64,000 nucleotides of DNA from Convolutriloba macropyga. Taxonomy: Eukaryota. A program made the translations under genes and the position numbers. The notes under the pieces are model-generated. The model did not search any database and was not told the DNA's origin. It saw only the letters and a program-made list of their open reading frames with translations. Shown here piece by piece: positions 12,011 to 23,400 of this stretch (positions are counted from its first letter, which is position 1; the number at the start of each line of letters is the position of its first letter). Location of the stretch: the NCBI RefSeq assembly GCF_964194025.1, contig NC_134471.1:58218001-58282000 (forward strand), given 5' to 3'.

Positions 12011-12119
12011 TTTATTTATGGCTAAGACTAAGACTATAGTTTCAGTTAAAACGCTATAAATATCTATAAATATTAATGCTAATATTATTATTACTAAAAA
12101 CATTGTTATTCCTAAGCAC

Positions 12120-12704
12120 TTATGGCTTTAATCTAAAAAAACACTTAACTTCTTTTTCTTGTTCTTCTTATATTCTTCATATACCTTGACTAATTCATAA
12201 TATTCATCATTATCTATTTTATTATCTTTCATTGATTTATTATATAGTATATTAAGATTGTCGCTAAACTGTTTACTTAAATTATACATTTGTGAATACT
12301 TTATAATTTTATTTCTTATTTTAAGATTAATTGTTTTTGATAATGAACCACGAACAGTTGCTGCAGCAAAAGCTGTTGGTATAGAATAAGGTAATCCTAT
12401 ACCTGTTAATGCAACTGATGTTGTTGTTGCCGTTGTTGCTATTGATGGTAATACTATGTCTGTTATCTCAGCTACGTTAATATAATTTTTATCTACTTAA
12501 CTTCCTATTATAGTTATTAGTTTCAGTTTCATAATATTTTCTAATATCTTTTATAATGTTAATACTATTATTAAATTTATTATTGGCTTGAATCTTTTCA
12601 TTTATTAATCGTTCTGACACTGATGATAAATCTGGACATAGTAATCTCTCACTCGGTGCTGTCGGAATGGTCATGGACTCCGTCATAGTTTTGCTTATTT
12701 TCAT
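12120..12704 (-). pseudogene. Membrane-active protein resembling the adintovirus 'GasderminX' family
   Basis: Reconstructed hydrophobic hairpin (TSVALTGIGLP..PTAFAAA) followed by LSKQF...KSMKDNKIDNDEYYELVKVYEEY, matching from memory the C-terminal D-x-x-I-x-x-x-E-[FY] pattern of that family. Confidence 0.55.
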
Positions 12705-13406
12705 TAGTAAAAATTCTTTCTATTTCTTTCATTATATTTTCTTGTTTAAAACCATAATGCATCTCAAGTCTTGCCTTCTCTTTATTATCAACTAACGTAC
12801 TTTTTAAAAGTATAGCAATTATATATTGTACTATAACTTTTCTAAGAGATTTATTGTATTTTGTCATTTCTCTTAGACCGTTAGTAAACATATCATCTAA
12901 ATATATGTTAGTAATATTTTGATTAAACTTATTATTATCAAATTCTTGTTTTATTTGATTATATTTAGAGATAGTATCAGCAGCAACTTTATTACAAAAG
13001 TCAACAGTATTTATGATTTCATTTGCTGATTCAATAAACTAATTAGTTCGTCATTGACTCCTGTTTCATTTAGTTGTAATGTTTTAGTTGTGACTTTATC
13101 AAATTCACCTTTTCTTAGCTCAGTTACGTTTTTACTTAAAATATCTTTTTTATTATTAGAAGATAATGAGTTATTGTCACAATACTCTTTATTAACAACA
13201 TCTTTTTCATCTATCGGAGGATGTACATTTGTAATTTTATAGGTATCCTTCATATCAATATTATCATTATCTTCTAGGAATAACCCACGAACCTTACTTA
13301 GTGATAAGTTGTTTGTTGATGTTGATCCGAGAAGCGGGTTCCCCGATGGACCTCCGGTCATGCTTCGCCATTGATGTTTCGCTTGGTTAAATCTATTTCT
13401 TGTCAT
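12649..13406 (-). pseudogene. Putative fiber/virion appendage protein; ORFs 13011-13406 and 12649-12891 are probably one frameshifted gene
   Basis: IDMK..YKITNVHPPIDEKDVVNKEYCD resembles the N-x-x-x-P...D-x-x-[NT]-K-x-Y-x-D fiber/adhesin neck motif, followed by coiled-coil-like sequence. Confidence 0.45.
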
Positions 13407-14326
13407 CTTTGTATTTGTTTACAGTAAGAAATATATCTAACGATTCTAAAACTTTGATTAGATTCAAAGTCAAACTCGGATTTTGATAGTTCCTGTTCAT
13501 AATATTTACCTTCTATTATCTCACCATTAATATCTTTTGCTTTATATGTTGTTGGTTGTGTTTCTAAAACTTCATTAACAAATTGTTCTGTATTCCAATT
13601 AGAAGTGTATCCCTTAGAGAAGATTTTGCGTTTATCTGCACTTCTAACATAATCACCAACTTTAAATTTTGGTTCAATATTAGTAGAAGTAGATATAATC
13701 TGCGAAGCAGGTTCCCTGATATCTCTAACTGTATCAGGATTATTAGAAGCATCAACTGTTGTCATATTAATTGTTGAATGAATGTTATTGTTATATGTTA
13801 TGACTGCATCATTTAGTATATTTACCCAATTACCATCACCATTGATGAACATTGGTTTTTTAATTATATGTAATAATGTTCTATTGAATCTCTCTATAAA
13901 CACAGCATTTAAATCACTATAAGTAGAATATAGTTTTGATTCAAATTATTTAAGTAAAGATTTAAATGTTTTTTTTCTAAAACTCACTACCTCTATCTAC
14001 CCATACCTTTTCTGGCTTTCGACTTTCAGAGCCACCCTGTGGACCTTCTGATAGGATTGTTTTAAAACCTTTAGTTATAGATAAACCAGATTTATTCTTT
14101 AATCGAATAGCCCATGCATATTTTGTGAATATATCTATAACTGTTAATATAAACTTATAATTATTATTGTATTAACTTAGAGATGACTTATCAATTAAAT
14201 CAGCTGACCATGTTTCATCTTTATATAATGGTATTATTCTTTCTCTTCTAACTTTGTTATTTGAGGACTGAAAACTTCTTTAGCTAATAGTTGTTGTTGT
14301 TGTTGTTGTTGTTGTTTTTCCATCAT
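13403..14326 (-). pseudogene. Retroviral-like (rve) DDE integrase of Polinton type
   Basis: Reconstructed WSADLID, LTVIDIFTKYAW, WVDRGSEF, IERFNRTL, YNNNIHSTINMT, KFKVGDYVR and FSKGYTSNW motifs; several stops; no C-terminal chromodomain evident. Confidence 0.93.
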
Positions 14327-15329
14327 TATTTATTTACAATAGTTAAAAACAAAATTATCTGCTCTTGATTAATAATATTCATAGATAATAGTTGCTTAGA
14401 TATATCTAGCAATTCATCATATAATCCATCATGATCAGCTTTTGTTTCTAGTATTAATAATTCTAATCTTTCTACTAAACCATTTAAATGGCAACTTCGT
14501 TGATTGTTGGGGACAGTCTTAGTAACACCACTAGCTTCTATTTGTTTATCAGTCTCATATTCAGTTTCTTCTTCTTCTTCTTCTACTCCTTGTTCATAGT
14601 CACTAGTATCAGGATTATATAAATAATCTTCACTGGAGGTTGGTAATGATATAACATGAGAAGTGGTTTCACCGATACTAGCAAACATTCCTCTTATAAG
14701 TTTTGATCTATTACTTTTACTATCTCCTCTTTGTTTATAACAATATCCCTTAGAAATTGTTTTATTTTGTTTTCTTCACCTTTTATATCTCCTTCGGTTA
14801 CATTTTTATTAGTAATAAATATAGCAAGGCCCTTAGAAAAATCATAGACTTTACCTTTCATTTTTATACCATCAGGGACTAGAGATACATCTACACCATT
14901 TATTTTAAATTTGTTTGAATTTGGATAAACTGATTTTAATTGGAATTGTTTATTTGTTTGTTTACCCATTTCTAACAAAGTATCAATCATATCATTGTCC
15001 ACAGCAAATGTTTCGCCTCTATCATCTTCTAATGTTACGGGTTGATCGGGCGTGGGTGTTGAGAGAGCAGCCCGTTCATCAAGAGAGCTGCTTTGTTGAT
15101 GGTGTCCTAGACTCTTTAAAGCATTACTATTACTGGCTAGCGCGGCTAGAGTTTTGTTTTGAAGAGCTTGCACTGTTTCAGCGTTTGTATTTAAAGATTT
15201 AGTTAGAGGATCAAATAAATCTTCTATGTCACCATAATATTCTTGTTGTCTTAGTTTATCTTCTAATCTATTTCTTCTGTTTTGTTTTTCTAGACTGTTT
15301 AATTCTATAAGGTCATCTAGCTTAGCCAT
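14326..15329 (-). pseudogene. Conserved Polinton-type protein of unknown function (two ORFs, probably one frameshifted gene)
   Basis: N-terminal DLFDPLT and C-terminal LVERLELLILETKAD...DELLDISKQLL motif recurrent in Polinton ORFs. Confidence 0.55.
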
Positions 15330-15448
15330 TTTTATATGTTGAGAAACATTATTATACTATGTATGAATTAGATCTATAATATAAAAACAATACTGTCTTA
15401 TGTATGAATTAGATCTATAATTATACTAACTACTATTTATTTTTATGT

Positions 15449-18400
15449 TCACAGATCATTATATAGTTTAATAGCAGCTTCAATTAACATTCTATCATCA
15501 TTAGTAGTCAGTTCTAAAATATTTTTCATCAATGATCCTTAAGACTCTTTACTTACATCTAACCCTAATTTTATTAATAGCTCTAATATAGTATAATTAA
15601 TTTTATTTACTAGATCTCTTTTGAATAGATATAGATTCTCATCATGAGGATAGCTTTTAATATTATTTACGTAAAGTTTTATCATCAATTGTGTTTTGGA
15701 CTAATTTTACTTGTTTTTGCTGTTGTCATGTTATCAACTTTTTGTATTCTACATTCATCTACACTTCTCTCTGTGTTACACATTAGTGCATTATAATACT
15801 CCTCATGTTTAGCATTGTTACAATTCTTTTTTCCCTTCTCTTTAGTTTTATTTGGGTAGTCTTTGAAGCTATATGTCTTTGGTGTTAGGGCCACAAACTC
15901 TCCTTTGATATTACTTCCCATTTCATGTTTGAATTTACCAGAGACTTTATTATTAGTTTTGATTGATGGCGCCAGATTGGTAGCGTTTACATCATTGCCT
16001 AGCCGTATAGGTTATTCTTGTCTATGTACCATATCTGCGAAGCAGGTTCCTTGATTGACCTCTGGTCATCCGTGAAACGGCTTCGCTGATGCATCGCCAT
16101 TTTACTTCCATTACTATTGTTGACTATCCTATGAACCATTATACCGCATATGCCACTACTCTTTGCTTCAACAAAATCATCTAGCATTTGTTTGTCTTGT
16201 AAGGTATCTAATGAAACACTGCTTGACATTAAGCAACAATCAAAACTATAATCCGGGAGACTATTGTAATGTAATAGGTTGAGTCCACATTCTTTCATAC
16301 TTATTCTGATATATTCATTCATGCAGCAGTCTAATATTTCCACATCATTCTGTAAAAACTCTGTAAAACAGTTAGATCTTTAGCAGTTTTATGTCTGTTG
16401 TCTTTATTAAAGCTATTGACTTCTTCTTGTGTTGGTAATTTATTAAATAGAAAGGATTTGAAGTTTTCTATATTTAGATTACCTATAACTTCTTGGTACA
16501 ACTTTGTTGTGGTTCCCCAGGTGTCTAAACCAAAGTGTTCATATGGATATAATATTTTAGTTTTAAACCCATAAATCTTTGCCATTTGATCTAGAGGCAT
16601 AGCTAAGAAGTTATAACTATCTAAGAATTTGAGACAACCAATGCTAAACATCTTAGACTTAACAGCGGCTAGTGTTATGTTATCTACTTTTCTTCTATCA
16701 TTATTCTGCTTAAAGAGTTCACTGTATAGTAGATTGAAGTCATAGCCAGAGCCATTTTGGAATATTACAGGATTGAAGTTCTGTTGTTTATACCTCAGAT
16801 TACATATTTTACATGCTGGTCCTCTATATTTACCAGTTTCATAACAAAGATCTCTTACTTTATTAATACATGTTTTACTGCAGATATGCAAGTGTTATTA
16901 GTTTCATGATGTAATTTATCTTCTTCATTGAATATCATTTGTTTGTTGCGCTTGAAGCTATTCTCAGTTTCTATTTCTAATAGATCACTAGCAAATCTTT
17001 TAATACAATCAAGACCGAAGTAGTATTTGAAATTACCCTGGCAGATGTAACCCACACTTATTGGTATTTGTTCAGCTATTACACATTTACAGTCATTAGT
17101 TGCGACTTCAACAATGCAACATTCTATATCAGCAGTTATAACATTTTTATATTCTGACGCTTATGTTCATTTATAAAAGTAATTTTTTTCTTCTTAGGAC
17201 AAAAAAACCTCGGGTTCGAAAGAGTTGTTACATTCATGTTTGTCGTATTTGATTTGTGAATCAAACCAATATGTACATCTGTCACAGTAATAGAATTTGT
17301 GGTTCATTCTTTTTTGTCGATCTAATAAGGTTTCTATGTTTTTAATTAGAGCACAGTGTTCTGTAATACCATCTCCCAATCCAATATTCTGACATCTTTT
17401 CTATCTTTATCAAAATCATCCATTTGTTTAAACAATTCTACTTTGCCCCCATCACAAGGTGTTTACACCCAAATATTAACATTGTACACCTTCTGTATTC
17501 TTATAATATAACCAAAATCATCTTCATCTCGTTGACGTGCTTCAATTAGATTATTTACATATTTAATCTCGCGTGTTGCGTGGTCCATAGCAGGATGTAG
17601 CCAAGCAGTAATAATTAGTTGCAAGCAGTTATTTTTGTAACTACGTATTTTTAACATCAATTTAGAGTTTTTGAGATCAGGGGGTAGATCTATACAACTA
17701 CCAATAGATGCTTTAGTTGGTTCAATATTTATCTGAATACTTCTCAATCCACGAAATTCGAAGTCGTAGCCATAATCTTCATATAATTCCTCTTCGAAAT
17801 CTAGCCATTGTTTGAAATCACCGTAGTCATATATAGCCATATTAATAATATAGTCGGTGTTGAAGAATATTTTTGTAATTTTAACTTCTTCTTTGGTTCT
17901 CTTCTTGTACTCACACTGGGCTGTGACCTTATATTTAAAACTCTTAACTTTTCTAAACTGATAACAGTCTTTAATTTCCTCTAATATGTAATCAGTTGCT
18001 TCGTCTATATCTTCAATGTAATTCCCACCTTTATCCGTAATATAAAATTCTCTCATGTTCTGACTTGAATTTATATCAAACTCTTTTGTGTTTTCTAGAT
18101 ACATGCGATTGTGACTATATGAATGAGTAGTTAGAGCTATTTTAATTCTAAGTTCTTCATGACATTCTTTACATTCAAACTTAATTCTGGTGTAGATATT
18201 GTCGTCGGGTTTAGTTTTAGTTTTAATAATATCTTTAGTTTCAGTTTTAGTAGAAGGTTTGACATAGATAAAGTCTCCATCCGAATCATACATTTTCATT
18301 ATAGTTTTAGTTGAGGCTTCAGTTTTAGTTGAGGCGTCAGTTATAGCCTCATCCAAATCAGAATCAAACTTTTTCTCCACTAGTTCTTTATGTTTGAGAT

Positions 18401-18503
18401 CGTATGATTGATGTCTGTATAAACCCTTCTTTGTTTCAAAGGATAAATTACAGACGTCGCAGAAGTTCACACTTGTGACATTACTGTTTGTTGAGTGAGA
18501 CAT
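15449..18503 (-). pseudogene. Protein-primed family B DNA polymerase (pPolB), fragmented and internally deleted
   Basis: N-terminal C2H2-like fingers; HCALIK; exonuclease I (ADIE); Zn insert VRD(L)C..TGKYRGPAC..CNL; exonuclease II (FQNGSGYD); KFLDSY; YPYE; motif A YIDKNNLYG; C-terminal GKFKHE...EFVALTPKTYS...KEKG. Confidence 0.92.
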
Positions 18504-18556
18504 GGTGTATTTTATTAGGGAAAACTTTGGAAAAAATTTTTTTTGAAAGTGAAAAA

Positions 18557-18855
18557 ATGAAGTGTGATAAGTGTAAAATTAAGCCTTGGAAAAATGTTGT
18601 AATGATTGCAAAGAATTAGAATATTGTTGTTATATATGTAAAAATATAGTTAAAGTAAAAAATTATATTAAACATTTGGGAGACCATTATGATAATTCAG
18701 ATCAATATCTGGCGTGTAATATGCGTAAAGTTTACAAACATATTTCTTTCTTTAGGTTTAGAAATGGAAGATGCAGATTGTGCATCTATCTTAATAGATA
18801 TAGATATACAAATACCAAAGATAGATTCAAGGAAGGAATATGCCAAAAGGTTTAA
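18557..18855 (+). pseudogene. Small Cys-rich (Zn-binding) accessory protein
   Basis: MKCDKC then, after a frameshift, CCNDC...CCYIC...HLGDH...CRLC. Confidence 0.45.
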
Positions 18856-18965
18856 TATAAAAGTGTAGTATAGACAAGAAATATTTTTTGTGATGTACTT
18901 AAGTGAATTTGGAAACGAGCTTATTATTAATTTCTAGAATTCAGTTTAATGCTAGTCTTAGAGTG

Positions 18966-19096
18966 AATATGTAGTAGTGGATAAAACAGGGATAGCAACA
19001 AGCAGTAAAATTTGGCCCGATTCGACATGCGCGATTAGCGTTAGGAGAAAGGGTCAAATTTTACTGGTGGTTGGTATCCCTGTTTTATCCACTACT
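18966..19096 (-). repeat. Right terminal inverted repeat; 18973-19096 is itself a palindrome
   Basis: Same structure as the left TIR, followed immediately by the TSD CTCCTT. Confidence 0.95.
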
Positions 19097-20469
19097 CTCC
19101 TTCTCTTCGATACTCAAATTGAGCAAAGATAATCAATTTTGTTCAATCATGGATCATGGTTGTTTGGCGCACAAAATTTCAGTTTGTATTGATTGCTGAC
19201 ATTTGAGTTCCGTTTGCAATTTGAGTTGTTTATTTCTTCATTTGCATTTGTTTTGCATTTCTTTATCCAGAAGATCGGTCGGATCAGTTACTGGGCTTTA
19301 TATTAGTAATTCGGTCCAGCAGGAAGTTTTACTTGTTTAGGTTTTTCCTATAACAAATGCTCAAGGGCGATGCTCATGGATGGGGGCTATCTGTGGTGCT
19401 AACTCTGCCATGTCGTTGTTGTCAACGTGTAATAACGATGGTTACTGAAAAGCAAAGCAAATCGTATAGTTTGTTATTTGGGAGAATTTGACTTCGCGTT
19501 GCGAAATCGCTAAAGCTATCAGCAATACTAAGCAAGAATCCAAGTCCAGTGTTTGCACCCCAACTTCAATGATAAATCATTGCTATTTGTGCAGAAAACA
19601 AAGAACCAGTTATTGTCCAAAAACCTGCGAGCAAAATAGATTTGTTGAAGCTTTTGCAACATCAAAAAATTGCCTTTAACATTGTCAATGGAAAAGTGTA
19701 CATAAAACAGTTTCAAATCACATGTTCAAAAGCTCGTTTTCGTTAAGTTTAGCTTGTTTCTGGTTTGTAATTCTTTGGAGAGAGTTGTTTAGTCAAACTT
19801 TTGTCAAATACGTATAAGGAGACGAATAAGTTCATACTGAGTTTCATAGCACTTCTTAAAAAAGAAGTGCAAATGAGTAGCATTGACGTATTTTTTAAGT
19901 TAAGCGAGCACGTAGTCATAAAATAGTCTCAATGCAGAGCACAGTTCTGGCGGATAAAATTAGCAGCTTAAGAAAATTCGTTTTTCCTGTTTGACCCCCC
20001 CCCCCATCCAGCTGTTGTTTTCACCCGCACTAATGTCATATAAAACGTGATTATTTCTGCATATCACATGCCTTTTTTGCATGTTTTATGGATCTGGAGA
20101 ACCGTCACGTATTGTTGGTGATGGCACAAACGGAAAATGTCCTATTTTTTTGCTACCATTTGAATTTTATACGACGTTTTTAATCAGTGTTGTTTTCGAT
20201 CCTTTCGATTTGTGCCCCACGTTAGAGAGCACGTGCTATTACAGAGTAAATCATTATGTAGAAAATAGGCAAGTGCGTTTGCGGGTTTCAAATAATATGC
20301 CTCCACTAAGCTGGTGGGTACAATTGAAAATAAATAGTCTTAACTCTTTTAAACAAGAAAATAATAATATAACCAAATGGGTAAAGTTTACGTGCCTTCA
20401 GTGTAGTCAGGGATAAAAAATTTTATAATTGAAGTAATGCAATAATCTTCTGATTAATGCTTAATGCTA

Positions 20470-23400
20470 CTCATTCAAATATTCATTCTTATATATTTAA
20501 AAGTAAGAACCAAGACCCATAAGATCTTAAGTTTCTGTCTATTGGTATATTTTGACGCTGACATTCCAAGAGCTCTGATAAAGTTTTTATGAAGCAAACT
20601 TTTTCTGGACACTCTGACACTCAAAGGTAACCTTTTCCACTTTAGTATGCTCTTGAAAGTCAATGATCTTTTACTCTGCTTCGTATACTTTTGCGTTCTT
20701 ATTATCAGGTGTTTTGTCTGTTTGTTCTGTTATCCCCTGGCTAACTCTCTGCGAAGTTTCAATGAAATTTCAGTAAAAAGAAATAGATTATGGGAAATTT
20801 GATTTGAAAAGATCACGACAATGATAAAATTTATGACGCGTATAACAAATTCCAATGTTGTCGACTTAAACGCTATATGTATTTGGTTGACCTTAATTGA
20901 AAAAGATTCCACTGATTGACAAATGAGAGAAAGCTAAAAAAAATTAAAACATGCAAACTTAGTTCCAAATGTATACTGTAGTGAGCGAAAGGCAGCCGTT
21001 TTTCAAAAAAATCTTCATTCGTATAAAAGAAAGGAAGGGTTCCTGAAAAAGTACTTGGTGTACTCCATGATCAACGACAAGTTTTGTTGGTTTCTCAGAG
21101 CCTATTTTAACACATTATCGCATTGTGATTTTTTTTTCGAAGTTCAAAATTGAAGCAATCTTGCCTTTTAAGAAAAATTTTGTGTGAAATTGATCTGAAT
21201 ATTTCAGCAAGGTCAAAACACTGCTATAGTGGTTTTCCATTTTTAATGTTTCTATCAGTATCACAGGAAAACAATACTGCATCTGCTGAGGGCTTTTTAT
21301 TGTCGAAATCAAATTTTTCTTCATAAAATTGATTTTTCCATCAAAGTAATCCATCACTTCGATAAGAGGCTTCTCGAACAGAAAAAATTTGTGTGACTGA
21401 AATTGTTGGATGGTTGCTCATTTGTAGTTTATTCTTTTTTGTGAATTGATGTTATATATGCATTATTTAGACTATTTGAAAGAACAATCACTAGAATTCA
21501 AGTCTGGAATGACAATTTTTTGTCACAAACTACCATTCGCATATTACAATCTTTAAAGCTCCGGTTAACCTGTCGATTTAAACGCTATAAGTTTTCTGTT
21601 GACATTAATTGTAAAAAATTCCACTGATTGACAACTGAGAGAAAACTAAAGATTGAAAAACATGGAGCCTTCCTTCCAAATGTATTTTTAGTGAGCAAAA
21701 GGCAGCCGTTTTGCAAAAAATCTTCATTCGTATGAAAGAAAGGAAGGGTTCCTGAAAATGTACTTGATTTACTCCATTATCAACGACAAGTTTTGTTGGT
21801 TTCTCAAAGCCTTGTTATTTATTAACGTTTTGTGATCTTTCCTGAGGTTTCCTGAGTTTTCCTGAAGTTTTCTTGCCTTTTAAGAAAAGTTTTGTGCGAA
21901 ATTGAACTGAATAAATTAGTAAGGTCAAAATAGTGCTGCAATATTTTTTCCATTTGTAATGATTTCAACAATCTCAGTGAAAAACAAAACTGCATTTTCT
22001 GACAATTTTTTATGTTGAAATCCGAATTGTACTTTATTTGATTGGTGTCTCTATTAATGTAAACCGTCATTTCGATAAGAGGCGTCTCGAAAAATTCGGC
22101 AAAAATTGGTGTGACTAAAATTGTTCGATAGTTGCTCATTAGCAGTTCATTCTTTTTTATGAATTGGTTTATTATATGCAAGATTTAGATTACTTGGAAT
22201 AACGACCACTAAAATTAAAGTGCGGAATGACACAATTTTTTGTCACAAACTTCAATTTGAAATTCAAAACTTTAATGCTCTGCTTAACCTGTCGATTTAA
22301 ACGCTGTATGTTTTTTGTTGACATTCATTGTAAAAAAAATCCACTGATTGACCAATGAGAGACAACTAGCGATTTTAAAACACGCAGCCTTGCTTCTAAA
22401 TGTACTATTAGAGAGCGAAAAGCAGCCGTTTTTAACATCCTTCATTCGTATAAAAGAAAACTAGGGATCCTAAAAAAGTACCTTTGTGTACTCCATGATT
22501 GACGACAAGTTTTGTTGATTTCTCAGAGCCTATTTTAACGCATTAACGCATTGTGATCTTTCTTCGAGGTTCAAAGTTGAAGCAATCTTGTCTTTTCAGA
22601 AAATTTTTTGTGAAATTGAGTTGAATATTTCGGCAAGTTCAAATCACTGCTATAGTGTTTTTCAACTTAGTGTTTACATCAGCACCATTGGAAAACTATT
22701 TTGCATCTGCTCAGAGCTTTTAATTGTCCAATCCGAATTGTTCTTCTTTCAATTGATAACTACATCAATGTAACCCATCACTTTGATAAGAGGCTTCTCA
22801 AACAATTTGGCAAAAATTTGTGTGACTTAAATTGTTCGATTGTTGCTGATTTGTAGTTTATTCATTCTTTTTTATGATTGGGTGCGATATATGTATGATT
22901 TAGACTACTTGCAATAACAATTACTAAAATTCAAGTCCAGTATGACAATTTTCTGTCGCGAACTACAATTCGCTTACAACAAACTTTAATGCTCCGGTTA
23001 ACCTGTCGATTTAAACGCTGTATGTTTTTTGTTGAAATTAATACCAAAAAACTCTACTGATTGACAAATGAGAGACGACTAAAGATGTTAAAACATGCAG
23101 CCTTGCTTCCAATTGTGCTTTTAGTGAGCTCAAAGCAGCCGTTTTTCAACATCCTTCTTTCGTGAAAAAGAAAGTTAGGGAACCTAAAAATGTTGTGATT
23201 TTTTTTCGAGGTTCAAATTTGAAGCACTTTTGCCTTTTAAGAAAGATTTTGAGTCGAATTGATCTGAACATTTCAGCAAATTCAAAACACTGCTGTAGTG
23301 TTTTTCCACTTTTAATGTTTCCGTCACTCTCAATGGAACACAATACTGCATCTGCTGAGGGTTTCTTTACTGTCTAATCCAAATTGCTCTTCATTCAATT

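Larger units (their letters stand above)
4067..19096. mobile_element. Polinton/Maverick (adintovirus-like endogenous DNA virus), full length but coding-degenerate
   Basis: 5'-AGTAGT...ACTACT-3' termini, 131-bp TIRs with 2 mismatches, 6-bp TSD CTCCTT (4061-4066 and 19097-19102). Internal remnants of pPolB, rve integrase, adenain protease, packaging ATPases, MCP and mCP. Markedly more AT-rich than the flanks. Confidence 0.96.

Noticed and set aside
4067-19096. Near-identical TIRs versus many stop codons as proof the element was dead before insertion
   Set aside because: 2 mismatches in 131 bp is too imprecise a clock and is roughly compatible with post-insertion decay plus homopolymer errors.
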